This document shows positions 21,725 through 31,151 of a stretch of DNA of 64,000 nucleotides, piece after piece. Origin of the DNA: an uncultured Bacillales bacterium. GTDB taxonomy: Bacteria; Bacillota_I; Bacilli_A; RF39; UBA660. The stretch's first letter is position 1; the number at the start of each line of letters is the position of its first letter. Location: NCBI GenBank assembly GCA_947164795.1, contig CAMUXV010000002.1, forward strand, positions 156 through 64,155, given 5' to 3'. A program made the position numbers and the translations under genes. Below the pieces are notes generated by a model, which had not been told where the DNA came from, did not search any database, and saw only the letters and a list, made by a program, of their open reading frames with translations.

Positions 21725-22393
21725 TTGAATAAATACGATAAAATAATATCATCATGTGAAGGATTAATATATATGATAATAAATAACTATTTTAAAGGAT
21801 ACTCAAGAGAAGATTTATACCAAGTAGGTGTAATTGGAGTAATTAAGGCATATGATAAATATAAAGAAAACAAGAATACTAAGTTTTCTACTTATGCATA
21901 TAAATGGATCTATGGAGAAATATATGCATATATAAATAGTAGTAAATTACTAAAAGTATGTTCAGAAAATATAAAAACATATAAAAAAATAATAGATGCA
22001 AGAAATATTTTATGCCAAACATTAATGAGAGAACCAAGTGTTAATGAAATAGCATTATACATAGATGAATTACCAGAGACAATATATAGTACTATTAATT
22101 CAATGCAAGAAATAGACAGTATAGATAGAATTATTTTTGATGGAGATAAAGATATAAGTATGTCTGACACAATAAAAGATAAAAAAGACTACTACAACGT
22201 GGACTATATATATTTAGAAGAAGAAATATCCAAGCTTCCATTAGAAGAACAAAAAATAATATATTATCGATATTATAAAGATAAAACACAAAGTGAAGTA
22301 TCAAAAATGTTAGGTATTCATCAAGTAGAAGTATCAAGAAGAGAATATAAAGCATTAAAAAAAATACGAAAAAATTACCAAAATGTGGCATAA
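21725..22393 (+). CDS. sigF: Sporulation-type sigma factor (SigF/SigG-like), 222 aa
   Basis: Region 2: DLYQVGVIGVIKAYDKY...KFSTYAYKWIYGEI. Region 4: IIYYRYYKDKTQSEVSKMLGIHQVEVSRREYKALKKIR, very close to the Bacillus SigF pattern YLRYYKDQTQSEVAERLGISQVQVSRLEKKIL. Starts 2 nt after the spoIIAA stop. Confidence 0.8.
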   Translation: MNKYDKIISSCEGLIYMIINNYFKGYSREDLYQVGVIGVIKAYDKYKENKNTKFSTYAYKWIYGEIYAYINSSKLLKVCSENIKTYKKIIDARNILCQTLMREPSVNEIALYIDELPETIYSTINSMQEIDSIDRIIFDGDKDISMSDTIKDKKDYYNVDYIYLEEEISKLPLEEQKIIYYRYYKDKTQSEVSKMLGIHQVEVSRREYKALKKIRKNYQNVA

Positions 22394-22479
22394 ATAAGCA
22401 TAAAATCTAAAAAATGTAACCAAATCGTTTACATAAAAATTATCCAATTTATGAGACAATGAATTTAAGGTGATGTACT

Positions 22480-22755
22480 ATGAACAAAGGACAATCAAAA
22501 CATTATGATGTGTATGAATTAATTGCTAAGAACATAAAGTATTATCGAAAGCAAGAGAGAATGACACAAGCACAGCTTGCAGAGAAAGCTGAATATTCTC
22601 ACGAATTTATAAGAAGAATTGAAGCTCCTAATAGTAAGAAAAACTTCTCTCTTGAGGCAGTAAGTAACATAGCTAATGCATTAGATATTGATATAGAATT
22701 ACTATTTAGTAAGAAATTATTGGAAAAAGAAGACAATGAAAATAGTCAAAGATGA
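22480..22755 (+). CDS. XRE-family helix-turn-helix transcriptional regulator (91 aa)
   Basis: KYYRKQERMTQAQLAEKAEYSHEFIRRIE is a classic Cro/C1-type HTH. Ends in TGA. Confidence 0.75.
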   Translation: MNKGQSKHYDVYELIAKNIKYYRKQERMTQAQLAEKAEYSHEFIRRIEAPNSKKNFSLEAVSNIANALDIDIELLFSKKLLEKEDNENSQR

Positions 22756-22890
22756 CTATTTTTTTAGTTATAAGGAAAGTATACATATAAATATGTATAT
22801 TACTATAAACAAGCAATTAATGTATAGTTTTTTCTTTATTTATATAGACTTTAATAAAATACTTTAGTATAATTAAATTGGTGATATAAA

Positions 22891-23124
22891 TTGGAATATC
22901 TAAGTTTAGAAGAGCTTTATAAAGACTTACAAGGTGCCTTTAACGTAAAATTAAGACTAATAGGAAAATATTATAGCCATATTAAAATAATAGATATATG
23001 GGATTATTTAAGAATAAATAAATGGTCTAAGGATAAAGGACTAACTATATCAGAAATGGTCAATGATATTATAGATGTAGATATTAAAAAAGTAGATTTA
23101 TTTAAAAGAGAAAAAACAAAGTAA
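22891..23124 (+). CDS. ComN/YrzD-like post-transcriptional regulator (77 aa, TTG start)
   Basis: IIDIWDYLRINKWSKDKGLTISEMVNDIIDVDI resembles ComN (VDELWNFL..KKW.....ELVNDILSV). Sits immediately upstream of secDF, as yrzD does in B. subtilis. From memory only. Confidence 0.5.
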   Translation: MEYLSLEELYKDLQGAFNVKLRLIGKYYSHIKIIDIWDYLRINKWSKDKGLTISEMVNDIIDVDIKKVDLFKREKTK

Positions 23125-23136
23125 GGACGTGATATT

Positions 23137-25410
23137 ATGAAAACAATATTAATAATTTTATCTATATTAGCATTAATAATTTTAGTATTTATATTTTTAT
23201 TTAAAAATAAAAAGGTAAAAGTAATACTTGGAACTTTAGTAATTTTGATTGTTATGTTTATAAGTGGATATCTATGTATACCAATATTCAAAGATATTAA
23301 TTATGGATTAGATCTTCAAGGAGGATTCGAAGTATTATATGAAATAGAACCGCTTAATAATGAAGAACTAACTTATAACATGGTTTACAATACCTATAAA
23401 GCTATATTAAAAAGAGTAGATATTCTAGGTGTAAATGAGCCAGAAATAGCTATTGAAGATGAAAACAGAATAAGAATTGCTTTAGCAGGAATAAAAAATG
23501 AGGATGAAGCAAGAGATGTAATATCATCTACCGCCACACTATCATTTAGAGATGCCAACGATAACTTATTAATGACTGCTGACGTACTCGGTGGAACAGT
23601 AAAAGTTGCACAAGATCAATATGGCAGACCTGCTGTTAGTTTACCAATTAAAGATAAAGATAAATTCTATGAAGTCACTAATAAAGTAAAAGATATGTCA
23701 AATAACGTAATTGTTATATGGCTTGATTATGATGAAACAAAAGACTCTTATTACAAAGAAAAAGATAAATGCGGTTCTCTTTCTAATTCAAGATGTTTAA
23801 GTGCCGCTAGAGTAGATAGTGCTTTTTCTTCTGATGTAATAATTCAAGGTAATTTTACTACTGAAGAAATAAAGTCATTAGTAGAATTGATAAATTCCGG
23901 TTCTCTACCCACAAAATTAAATGAAATATCATCTCGTACAGTTGAAGCCACATATGGAGAAGAATCACTTTCTAAAACCTTAATTGCAGGAGTAATAGGA
24001 TTAGTTTTAGTATTTTTAATATTAATAATTCTATATCATTATAGTGGTTTGATAGCTTCATGCGCATTATCTTTATACACAATGGCTACATTTTTAGTTT
24101 TCTATTTAATAAATGGTACACTAACCCTTCCGGGTATAGCAGCTATGCTATTAGGAATAGGTATGGCAGTGGATGCCTCAGTTATATCATTTGAAAGAAT
24201 TAAAGATCAATTAAAAATAGGTAAAACGCTTCCAGAAGCAGTACAATTAGGTAACAAAGAAAGCTTATCAAGTATTATAGATGCCAATGTAACAACTATT
24301 ATCGTAGCAATAATACTATTTATCTTTGGCCAATCTAGTGTCAAAGGATTCGCTACATTATTAATTATTAGTATATTACTTACAATATTAATACTAGTAT
24401 TTCTATCAAAATATGTAGTAAGTTTATTTGCTAAAAGTAAGGTATTTAATAATAATCCAAATCTATTTATAGGTCTATCTAAAAAGAAAATAATACCCGC
24501 TAAAGAAATTAGAATCCCATTTAAGAAAATAGACTTTGCAAAAAGAAGAAAAGTATTACTACCTATAATTCTATTAGTTATAGTTATTGGTACAATATAT
24601 ACCTTGGTATCAGGATTTAACTTTGCTGTCGATTTTACTGGTGGTACTAGTATAACAGTAAATACTACAGAAAAAATCACTTTAGATAATTATACAATTG
24701 AAAAAGAGGATATTACTAAAGATTCTAGAACTTTAGTAATAAGTGAAAAACTTGATAAAGATGAAATAAAAGGACTAACTAATTATCTAGAAAAAGAATA
24801 TAATGTCAAATCAGATATCTTTGTCGTATCTGATTTGGTAAAAAAAGAATTAATAAAGAATGCTGTTATAGCTCTTCTAATAGCAATTATAGGAATAATT
24901 ATATATGTAAGTTTTAGATTTAAATTTAATTATGCCATTTCAGGTATTATTGCACTAGCTCATGATGTATTAATGACAATAATATTCTTTGGAATATTTA
25001 AAATTGAAATAAATAGTATCTTTATAGCAGCTATTCTAACGATAATAGGATATTCAATAAATGATACTATAGTAACATTTGATATGATAAGAAAGAATTA
25101 CAATAAAGAAGTTTCTCCAGATAAATTGGAAGAAATAGTAAATAATTCAGTTAGACTAACATTATTCAGATCAATAATAACTACTGTTACAACAATAATG
25201 CCTGTAATTTGCCTAATAATATTTGGAGCAGTAGAAATAATTAACTTTAATATAGCTTTACTTGTTGGATTTATATGTGGATTATTCTCTTCAATATTTA
25301 TTTCAAATAATTTATGGCTAATATTAGAAATAAGAAAAATTGAAAAGCCAAAAAAAGAAAATAAAAAAGAAGAAGTTGAGGAGCTAAGAATAAAAGGAAT
25401 AAATTGCTAG
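23137..25410 (+). CDS. secDF: Protein translocase subunit SecDF (fused)
   Basis: 757 aa. Two 6-TM modules with conserved LDLQGG, LPGIAAMLLGIGMAVDA and GYSINDTIV segments. Confidence 0.95.
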   Translation: MKTILIILSILALIILVFIFLFKNKKVKVILGTLVILIVMFISGYLCIPIFKDINYGLDLQGGFEVLYEIEPLNNEELTYNMVYNTYKAILKRVDILGVNEPEIAIEDENRIRIALAGIKNEDEARDVISSTATLSFRDANDNLLMTADVLGGTVKVAQDQYGRPAVSLPIKDKDKFYEVTNKVKDMSNNVIVIWLDYDETKDSYYKEKDKCGSLSNSRCLSAARVDSAFSSDVIIQGNFTTEEIKSLVELINSGSLPTKLNEISSRTVEATYGEESLSKTLIAGVIGLVLVFLILIILYHYSGLIASCALSLYTMATFLVFYLINGTLTLPGIAAMLLGIGMAVDASVISFERIKDQLKIGKTLPEAVQLGNKESLSSIIDANVTTIIVAIILFIFGQSSVKGFATLLIISILLTILILVFLSKYVVSLFAKSKVFNNNPNLFIGLSKKKIIPAKEIRIPFKKIDFAKRRKVLLPIILLVIVIGTIYTLVSGFNFAVDFTGGTSITVNTTEKITLDNYTIEKEDITKDSRTLVISEKLDKDEIKGLTNYLEKEYNVKSDIFVVSDLVKKELIKNAVIALLIAIIGIIIYVSFRFKFNYAISGIIALAHDVLMTIIFFGIFKIEINSIFIAAILTIIGYSINDTIVTFDMIRKNYNKEVSPDKLEEIVNNSVRLTLFRSIITTVTTIMPVICLIIFGAVEIINFNIALLVGFICGLFSSIFISNNLWLILEIRKIEKPKKENKKEEVEELRIKGINC

Positions 25411-25420
25411 TAAAAAGGAA

Positions 25421-27586
25421 GTGATTCTAGTGAGTGTAAATACTATTAAATTAACAATCGATGATTTAATAAATAAATTTAAAACTTATAATAATAATAA
25501 AAAAGATATAGAGTTAATAAGAAAAGCATATGAATATGCCGAAAAGAAACATTTTGGACAAAAGCGTATATCCGGAGACGATTATATTCTTCATCCACTT
25601 AATGTAGCATTAATACTTACTGAAGTATCTGCTGATGCGCCATGCATGGCAGCAGCTCTTCTTCATGATACAATAGAAGACTCTGATGCTACTAAAGAGG
25701 AAATAGAAAAATTATTTGGTAGTGAAGTAGCTTTATTAGTAGATGGAGTAACCAAAATAAATAAAATTAATTTTATATCAGATTCAGAAGCATCAGCAGC
25801 ATATCAAAGAAAAATACTAGTTGGTCTTTCTGAAGATGTAAGAGTAATAATAATAAAACTAGCGGATCGTCTTCATAATATGAGAACAATTAATGTACTA
25901 TCTGAAGAAAAGCAAAAAAGAAAAGCAAAAGAAACACTAGAAATATTAACTCCCGTAGCTCATAGATTAGGTATCTATAAAATAAAAAGTGAATTAGAAG
26001 ACTTATCACTTAGGTATTTAAAACCAGAAGCTTATTTTGATATCGTTGAAAAATTAAATCAGAAAAAAAGTGAAAGAGATGCCATAGTCAAAGAAATGAT
26101 GGATGAAGTATCAGAATTACTAAATGAGCACGGTATTACTCATGAAATAAAAGGAAGAAGTAAAAGTATATATAGTATTTATAATAAATTATCTAAAGGA
26201 AAATCATTTAATGATATCTATGATATACTAGCGCTTAGAGTATTTGTGGATACTGAACAAGAATGTTATTTAGCATTAGGTTTAATTCATTCCAAGTATA
26301 AACCAGTACCAAAAAGATTTAAAGATTATATAGCTATGCCAAAAACGAATTTATATCAATCACTTCATACAACAGTATTTGGTTTAGATGGAGAATTATT
26401 TGAAATACAAATAAGAACATATGAAATGGATAAAATAGCTGAATACGGTATAGCTTCTCACTGGTCTTACAAAGAAAATAAAGATGGTAATGTAAAAGAT
26501 GCCATGGAACAAAAACTCCAAATTTTTAGAAGTATCATGGAATTAAATGAAGATACTCCTAATACTGAAGAATTTATTTCATCAGTAAAAAATGATGTCT
26601 TATCCGAAGAAGTAATCTATGTATATACACCTAAAGGTGATGTAATAGAACTACCTAAAGGATCTACACCAGTAGACTTTGCTTATAAGGTACATAGCGA
26701 AGTAGGAGATCGTATGATCGGAGCTATTGTAAATGATGTCATTGTTCCATTAGATTATGAATTAAATACTGGTGATATAATCAAAATAAACACCAATAAA
26801 GCATCAAAACCAAGTAAGGATTGGTTAAACTTTGTAGTTACAACAGGAGCAAAAAATAAAATAAGAGCATATTTTAGTAAATTAGAAAAAGATGAAAATA
26901 TTGAGAAAGGCAGTGAGTTATTAGATAAGGAATTAAGAAAAGAAAATATTTCCACTGCAGAATTTTTGTCTAATAAAAACGTTGATATAATACTAAATGA
27001 ATTAAAATTAAAGGATATTGATGAACTATATATGTTTATAGCTCTTGGTAAATATACCCCACAAAGTGTTATTAAAATAACTAATAAAAAAGAGGAAATT
27101 AAAGAGGATTTAACTACTAAAATAAACGAAACTAAATATAATCAAGACAAAACAAGAAGCAATGATGTTTTAGTAGAAGGTATATCTGATATCAAAACAA
27201 CCTTAAGTGGCTGCTGCAAACCAGTTCCAGGAGACTCGATAATAGGCTACATAACAAGGGGTAGTGGTGTAACAATCCATCGGGCAACATGTAAAAACAT
27301 ATTAGATACTGATGAAAGATTAATTAATGTTAAATGGAACGAGACAAATAAAAAATATCCATCTGATATAATAGTACATACAAATACTTATGATAACTTA
27401 CTAGATATCATAACAAAAGCCACTGCTTTAAATATCATAATAGATAGTATTACCACTATTAATAAAAGCAATCATAAAGTATATCGAATGACGGTATTAG
27501 TAGAAAATAAAGAGAAATTAGATAAATTTACTAATGATTTATTAAATCTAAATTTTATTAAAAAAGTAGAAAGAGAGATAAACTAA
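25421..27586 (+). CDS. relA: Bifunctional (p)ppGpp synthetase/hydrolase RelA/SpoT homolog
   Basis: HD domain HFGQKRISGDDYILHPL...LLHDTIEDS, synthetase domain YIAMPKTNLYQSLHTTV, and TGS and ACT regions. The start may be GTG 25430. Confidence 0.95.
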   Translation: MILVSVNTIKLTIDDLINKFKTYNNNKKDIELIRKAYEYAEKKHFGQKRISGDDYILHPLNVALILTEVSADAPCMAAALLHDTIEDSDATKEEIEKLFGSEVALLVDGVTKINKINFISDSEASAAYQRKILVGLSEDVRVIIIKLADRLHNMRTINVLSEEKQKRKAKETLEILTPVAHRLGIYKIKSELEDLSLRYLKPEAYFDIVEKLNQKKSERDAIVKEMMDEVSELLNEHGITHEIKGRSKSIYSIYNKLSKGKSFNDIYDILALRVFVDTEQECYLALGLIHSKYKPVPKRFKDYIAMPKTNLYQSLHTTVFGLDGELFEIQIRTYEMDKIAEYGIASHWSYKENKDGNVKDAMEQKLQIFRSIMELNEDTPNTEEFISSVKNDVLSEEVIYVYTPKGDVIELPKGSTPVDFAYKVHSEVGDRMIGAIVNDVIVPLDYELNTGDIIKINTNKASKPSKDWLNFVVTTGAKNKIRAYFSKLEKDENIEKGSELLDKELRKENISTAEFLSNKNVDIILNELKLKDIDELYMFIALGKYTPQSVIKITNKKEEIKEDLTTKINETKYNQDKTRSNDVLVEGISDIKTTLSGCCKPVPGDSIIGYITRGSGVTIHRATCKNILDTDERLINVKWNETNKKYPSDIIVHTNTYDNLLDIITKATALNIIIDSITTINKSNHKVYRMTVLVENKEKLDKFTNDLLNLNFIKKVEREIN

Positions 27587-28023
27587 TGAAAGTATTAGTC
27601 CAAAGAGTATTAGAAGCTAAAGTAGAAGTAGATAAAAGAATAGTAGGCTCGATTAATAAAGGCCTACTTCTCTTTGTAGGATTTACTCATACAGATACCT
27701 CTAAAGAAATAGATTACTTAGTAAATAAAGTAATAAATTTAAGAATATTTGATGATGAAAATGGTGTGATGAATAGAAGTATTATCGATATTAATGGTAG
27801 TATTTTATCTATTAGTCAGTTTACTTTATATGCTGATTCTTCTAAAGGTAACAGACCATCATATATAAATGCTATGCCGGGAGATAAATCAATCAAACTA
27901 TATGAAGAATTTAACACTAAGTTAAAAGAAAAAAATATTCATATAGAGACAGGTATCTTTGGAGCAGATATGAAAGTATCTCTAATTAATGATGGACCTA
28001 TTACAATAATGTTAGAGAAGTAA
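27586..28023 (+). CDS. dtd: D-aminoacyl-tRNA deacylase
   Basis: MKVLVQRV...SQFTLYAD...NRPS...GADMKVSLINDGPITI is a canonical Dtd. Confidence 0.95.
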   Translation: MKVLVQRVLEAKVEVDKRIVGSINKGLLLFVGFTHTDTSKEIDYLVNKVINLRIFDDENGVMNRSIIDINGSILSISQFTLYADSSKGNRPSYINAMPGDKSIKLYEEFNTKLKEKNIHIETGIFGADMKVSLINDGPITIMLEK

Positions 28024-28228
28024 TTAAAAATAATACATAAACTGTCAAAATTTGTCTAACACTTTAAAATTCTAGAATAACTTTTTTATTATAAGTTGTC
28101 AAAGATTTTTTAATAACTAAATAATATAATTATGTCAAATAAAATCTAAATATTAGAACATACTAATAAAAGTATTACAAAGAAAGAATTACTTTGAATG
28201 AAATTAATAAAAAAATAAAGTATTCTAA

Positions 28229-28257
28229 TTGACACAAATACTTATAAATTATATAAT
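28229..28257 (+). promoter_or_regulatory. Sigma-A-type promoter of the T-box leader
   Basis: TTGACA (28229-28234), 17 nt, TATAAT (28252-28257). Confidence 0.6.
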
Positions 28258-28263
28258 ATTTAT

Positions 28264-28430
28264 GTACGAAAAAGAATTCTATAACTATTAAGTGACAAAT
28301 AGTAATAAATTAGAACGGTTAAGTACCGATAAATACTTACTCAAGAGCACGTTAAGTGAAATAAGGTGGCACCGCGGGAAATAGTCTCGTCCTTATATAT
28401 TTCTTTAATGTGCTTTTATTTATAGAAAGA
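28264..28430 (+). promoter_or_regulatory. T-box riboswitch leader upstream of aspS-asnS
   Basis: T-box sequence AAGGTGGCACCGCG (28363-28376). A textbook antiterminator can be drawn: A1 ATAAGG/CCTTAT (28361-66 / 28391-96), 7-nt bulge TGGCACC, A2 GCGGGA/TCTCGT, loop AATAG. Located directly 5' of aminoacyl-tRNA synthetase genes. Confidence 0.75.
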
Positions 28431-28440
28431 AGGAATAAAA

Positions 28441-29730
28441 ATGAAAAGAACACTATTAAAAGATTTAATTGAAAATGAAGAAACTAAAATATCAGGTTTT
28501 ATTGAAAGAATAAGAGATACTAAATATATGCTATTTGTAATAGTAAAAGATAGAACAGGATTTATTCAAGTATCCCTTGATAAGAATATTAATGCTGATT
28601 TAATTAAGAAATTAGAAAATGTAATTGCGGGTTCAGTTATAGAGTTTACTGGTAAAATGGTGCTAAGTGAATATGTAAAACAAGGCGGAAGAGAATTTTT
28701 ACCTACAGAATTAAAAGTACTTTCAAATGCAGAACCTTCCCCATTAGAAGAAACTGCTAATATTGATACTAGATTAGATTACAGGTGGATAGACTTACGT
28801 ACTGATAAAAATCAGTTAATGTTAAATGTGCAATCTACTTTAGTACAAGGAATGAGAGATTATCTTTATAAAGAAGATTTTACAGAAATACATACACCAA
28901 AATTAATAAGTACTGCATCAGAATCAGGATCATCAGTATTTGAAGTACAATACTTTGACAGAAAGGCATATTTAGCACAAAGCCCTCAATTCTATAAACA
29001 GATGGCAATTGCTTCTGGACTAGAAAGAATATTTGAAGTAGCTCCTGCTTTTAGAGCAGAAAATTCTAATACTAATAGACATACTACAGAATTCACTTCA
29101 TTTGACTTAGAATTTGCTTATATTGATTCATATGAAGATGTAATGGACATGGAAGAAGATTTAATAATTGCAGGATTAACTCTAGTAAAAGAAAAGTATG
29201 GAGATATAATTAAAGAAGTATTTGATAAAGAAGTAATAATTCCTACTAAACCATTCCCAAGAATTAAATTGCAAGATTTATATAAAGAACTAGAAAAGAA
29301 TTACGGATATAAAATACCAGAATTTGATGTAGGAGATATGAATGCCGAAGCAGAAGGATTAGCATATAAATATGCTATGGAAAAATATGGACATGAATTC
29401 ATCTTTATAACAGATTTTGCAAAGACTAAGAGAGCCTTTTATCATATGAGAAAAGATGATGTTCCACAAGGATATGACCTTATATGGAGAGGAACAGAAA
29501 TAACTACTGGTGCACAAAGAGAACATAGATATGATATATTAAAAGCGCAATGCGACGAAAAAGGATTAGGAAAAGATGTAGAATTCTATTTGCAGTTCTT
29601 TAAGTATGGATGTCCTCCTCATGGTGGTTTTGCTATTGGTGTTGATAGATTAACAATGCTTCTTCTTGGAATTCCATCACTAAAAGAGGAAATGTTTATA
29701 TTCCGTGGTCCAAATAGATTAGAACCATAA
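28441..29730 (+). CDS. aspS: Aspartyl-tRNA synthetase, short archaeal/type-2 form (429 aa)
   Basis: Class IIb motifs FRAENSNTNRHTTEFTSFDLEFAYI and PPHGGFAIGVDRLTMLLLG...FRGPNRLEP. Length and C-terminus fit type-2 AspRS rather than the ~590-aa bacterial form. Confidence 0.8.
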   Translation: MKRTLLKDLIENEETKISGFIERIRDTKYMLFVIVKDRTGFIQVSLDKNINADLIKKLENVIAGSVIEFTGKMVLSEYVKQGGREFLPTELKVLSNAEPSPLEETANIDTRLDYRWIDLRTDKNQLMLNVQSTLVQGMRDYLYKEDFTEIHTPKLISTASESGSSVFEVQYFDRKAYLAQSPQFYKQMAIASGLERIFEVAPAFRAENSNTNRHTTEFTSFDLEFAYIDSYEDVMDMEEDLIIAGLTLVKEKYGDIIKEVFDKEVIIPTKPFPRIKLQDLYKELEKNYGYKIPEFDVGDMNAEAEGLAYKYAMEKYGHEFIFITDFAKTKRAFYHMRKDDVPQGYDLIWRGTEITTGAQREHRYDILKAQCDEKGLGKDVEFYLQFFKYGCPPHGGFAIGVDRLTMLLLGIPSLKEEMFIFRGPNRLEP

Positions 29731-29744
29731 CAAAGATAGAAAGG

Positions 29745-31133
29745 ATGATAAAAATGTATTTAAATGAATTATATAAAGAACCTAAAAAATATTTAGGAAA
29801 AGAAATAACAATAAAAGGCTGGATTAGAAGTCAAAGAAAACAAAAAGATTTTGGATTTATTGATTTTTCTGATGGAACATGTTTTAAACATATCCAAGTA
29901 ATATATGATAATACATTAAGTAATTATAATGAAGTAGATAGTTTTAGATTTGGATCTGCTATTGAAGTAGAGGGCCTTTTTATAGAATCTCAGGGTCAAG
30001 GACAAGATTATGAATTAAAAGCTAATACTATTAAGCTACTAGGTGATGTAACAGAAGATTATCCATTACAACCTAAAGGAAGACCAACGAGAGAATTTTT
30101 AAGAGATATAGCTTATCTAAGACCTAGAACAAATTTATTTCAAGCAGTATTTAGAATAAGAAGTATTGCAGCTCATGCTATACATACTTATTTTCAAGAT
30201 AATGGATATATTTATGTTCATACACCACTTTTAACTACTGCTGACTGTGAAGGATCAGATCAAATGTTTAAAGTAACTACTTTAGACATGGACAACTTGC
30301 CTATAGAAGATGGTAAATGTAATTATAAAGAAGATTTATTTGGTAAAAAAACATATATAACTGGCAGTGGTCAATTACATGGAGAAACATTTGCCATGGC
30401 ATTTAATAAGATATATACTTTTGGTCCAACATTTAGAACTGAAAAATCAAATACTAAGACACATGCTAATGAATTTTGGATGATTGAGCCAGAGATAGCT
30501 TTCTGTGACATTAATGATTTAATGAATATTGAGGAAGATATGCTTAAATTTATTGTTAAATATGTCTTAGATAAATGCCCAGATGAAATAAACTTTTTAA
30601 ATAATTTTGTCGATAATACTTTAAAAGAAAAACTAGAAAAACTAGTGTCATCTAAATTTAATCGTGTTACTCATAAAGAAGCAATAGATATATTAAATAA
30701 CGCCAATATTAAATGGGAATTTACTCCATCATATGAAGAAGATATAGCTAAAGAACACGAAAAATATCTTACAGAATATTTTAATGGTCCAGTATTTGTC
30801 TATAACTGGCCTAAAGATATAAAGGCATGGTACATGAAATTAAATGAAGATGGAAAGACAGTAGCTGCAGTTGACTTAGAAGTTCCTGGAGCAGGAGAAT
30901 TAATGGGTGGTAGTCAAAGAGAAACTGATATTGAATTATTAAGAAATAGATGCAAAGAACTTGGTGTAGATACTGAGCCTATTGAATGGTTCTTAAATTT
31001 AAGAAGATTTGGTGGTTGCTATCATTCAGGATTTGGTATGGGATTTGAAAGATTATTAATCTATTTAACAGGAATAGATAATATTAGAGATGTAATACCA
31101 TTTCCAAGAACGCCAGGATCATGTGAATATTAA
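29745..31133 (+). CDS. asnS: Asparaginyl-tRNA synthetase
   Basis: FRTEKSNTKTHANEFWMIEPEIAF, GGSQRE, HSGFGMGFERLLIYLTG...FPRTPG are typical AsnRS motifs. Confidence 0.9.
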   Translation: MIKMYLNELYKEPKKYLGKEITIKGWIRSQRKQKDFGFIDFSDGTCFKHIQVIYDNTLSNYNEVDSFRFGSAIEVEGLFIESQGQGQDYELKANTIKLLGDVTEDYPLQPKGRPTREFLRDIAYLRPRTNLFQAVFRIRSIAAHAIHTYFQDNGYIYVHTPLLTTADCEGSDQMFKVTTLDMDNLPIEDGKCNYKEDLFGKKTYITGSGQLHGETFAMAFNKIYTFGPTFRTEKSNTKTHANEFWMIEPEIAFCDINDLMNIEEDMLKFIVKYVLDKCPDEINFLNNFVDNTLKEKLEKLVSSKFNRVTHKEAIDILNNANIKWEFTPSYEEDIAKEHEKYLTEYFNGPVFVYNWPKDIKAWYMKLNEDGKTVAAVDLEVPGAGELMGGSQRETDIELLRNRCKELGVDTEPIEWFLNLRRFGGCYHSGFGMGFERLLIYLTGIDNIRDVIPFPRTPGSCEY

Positions 31134-31151
31134 AATGTAGTAGGGGGTATT

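Noticed and set aside
22440-22462. Hairpin ATGTAAC...GTTTACAT after the sigF-like gene, with a T-run only on the minus strand.
   Set aside because: The stem is weak and imperfect, and no minus-strand gene needs it. It is not annotated.
28024-28228. Three TGTCAAA motifs in the dtd / T-box spacer, considered as CtsR-like boxes or minus-strand -35 elements.
   Set aside because: They do not form the GGTCAAA-N3-GGTCAAA direct repeat of CtsR. As reverse-strand TTGACA boxes they lack a correctly spaced -10, and there is no minus-strand gene to drive. They are probably chance occurrences in AT-rich DNA.
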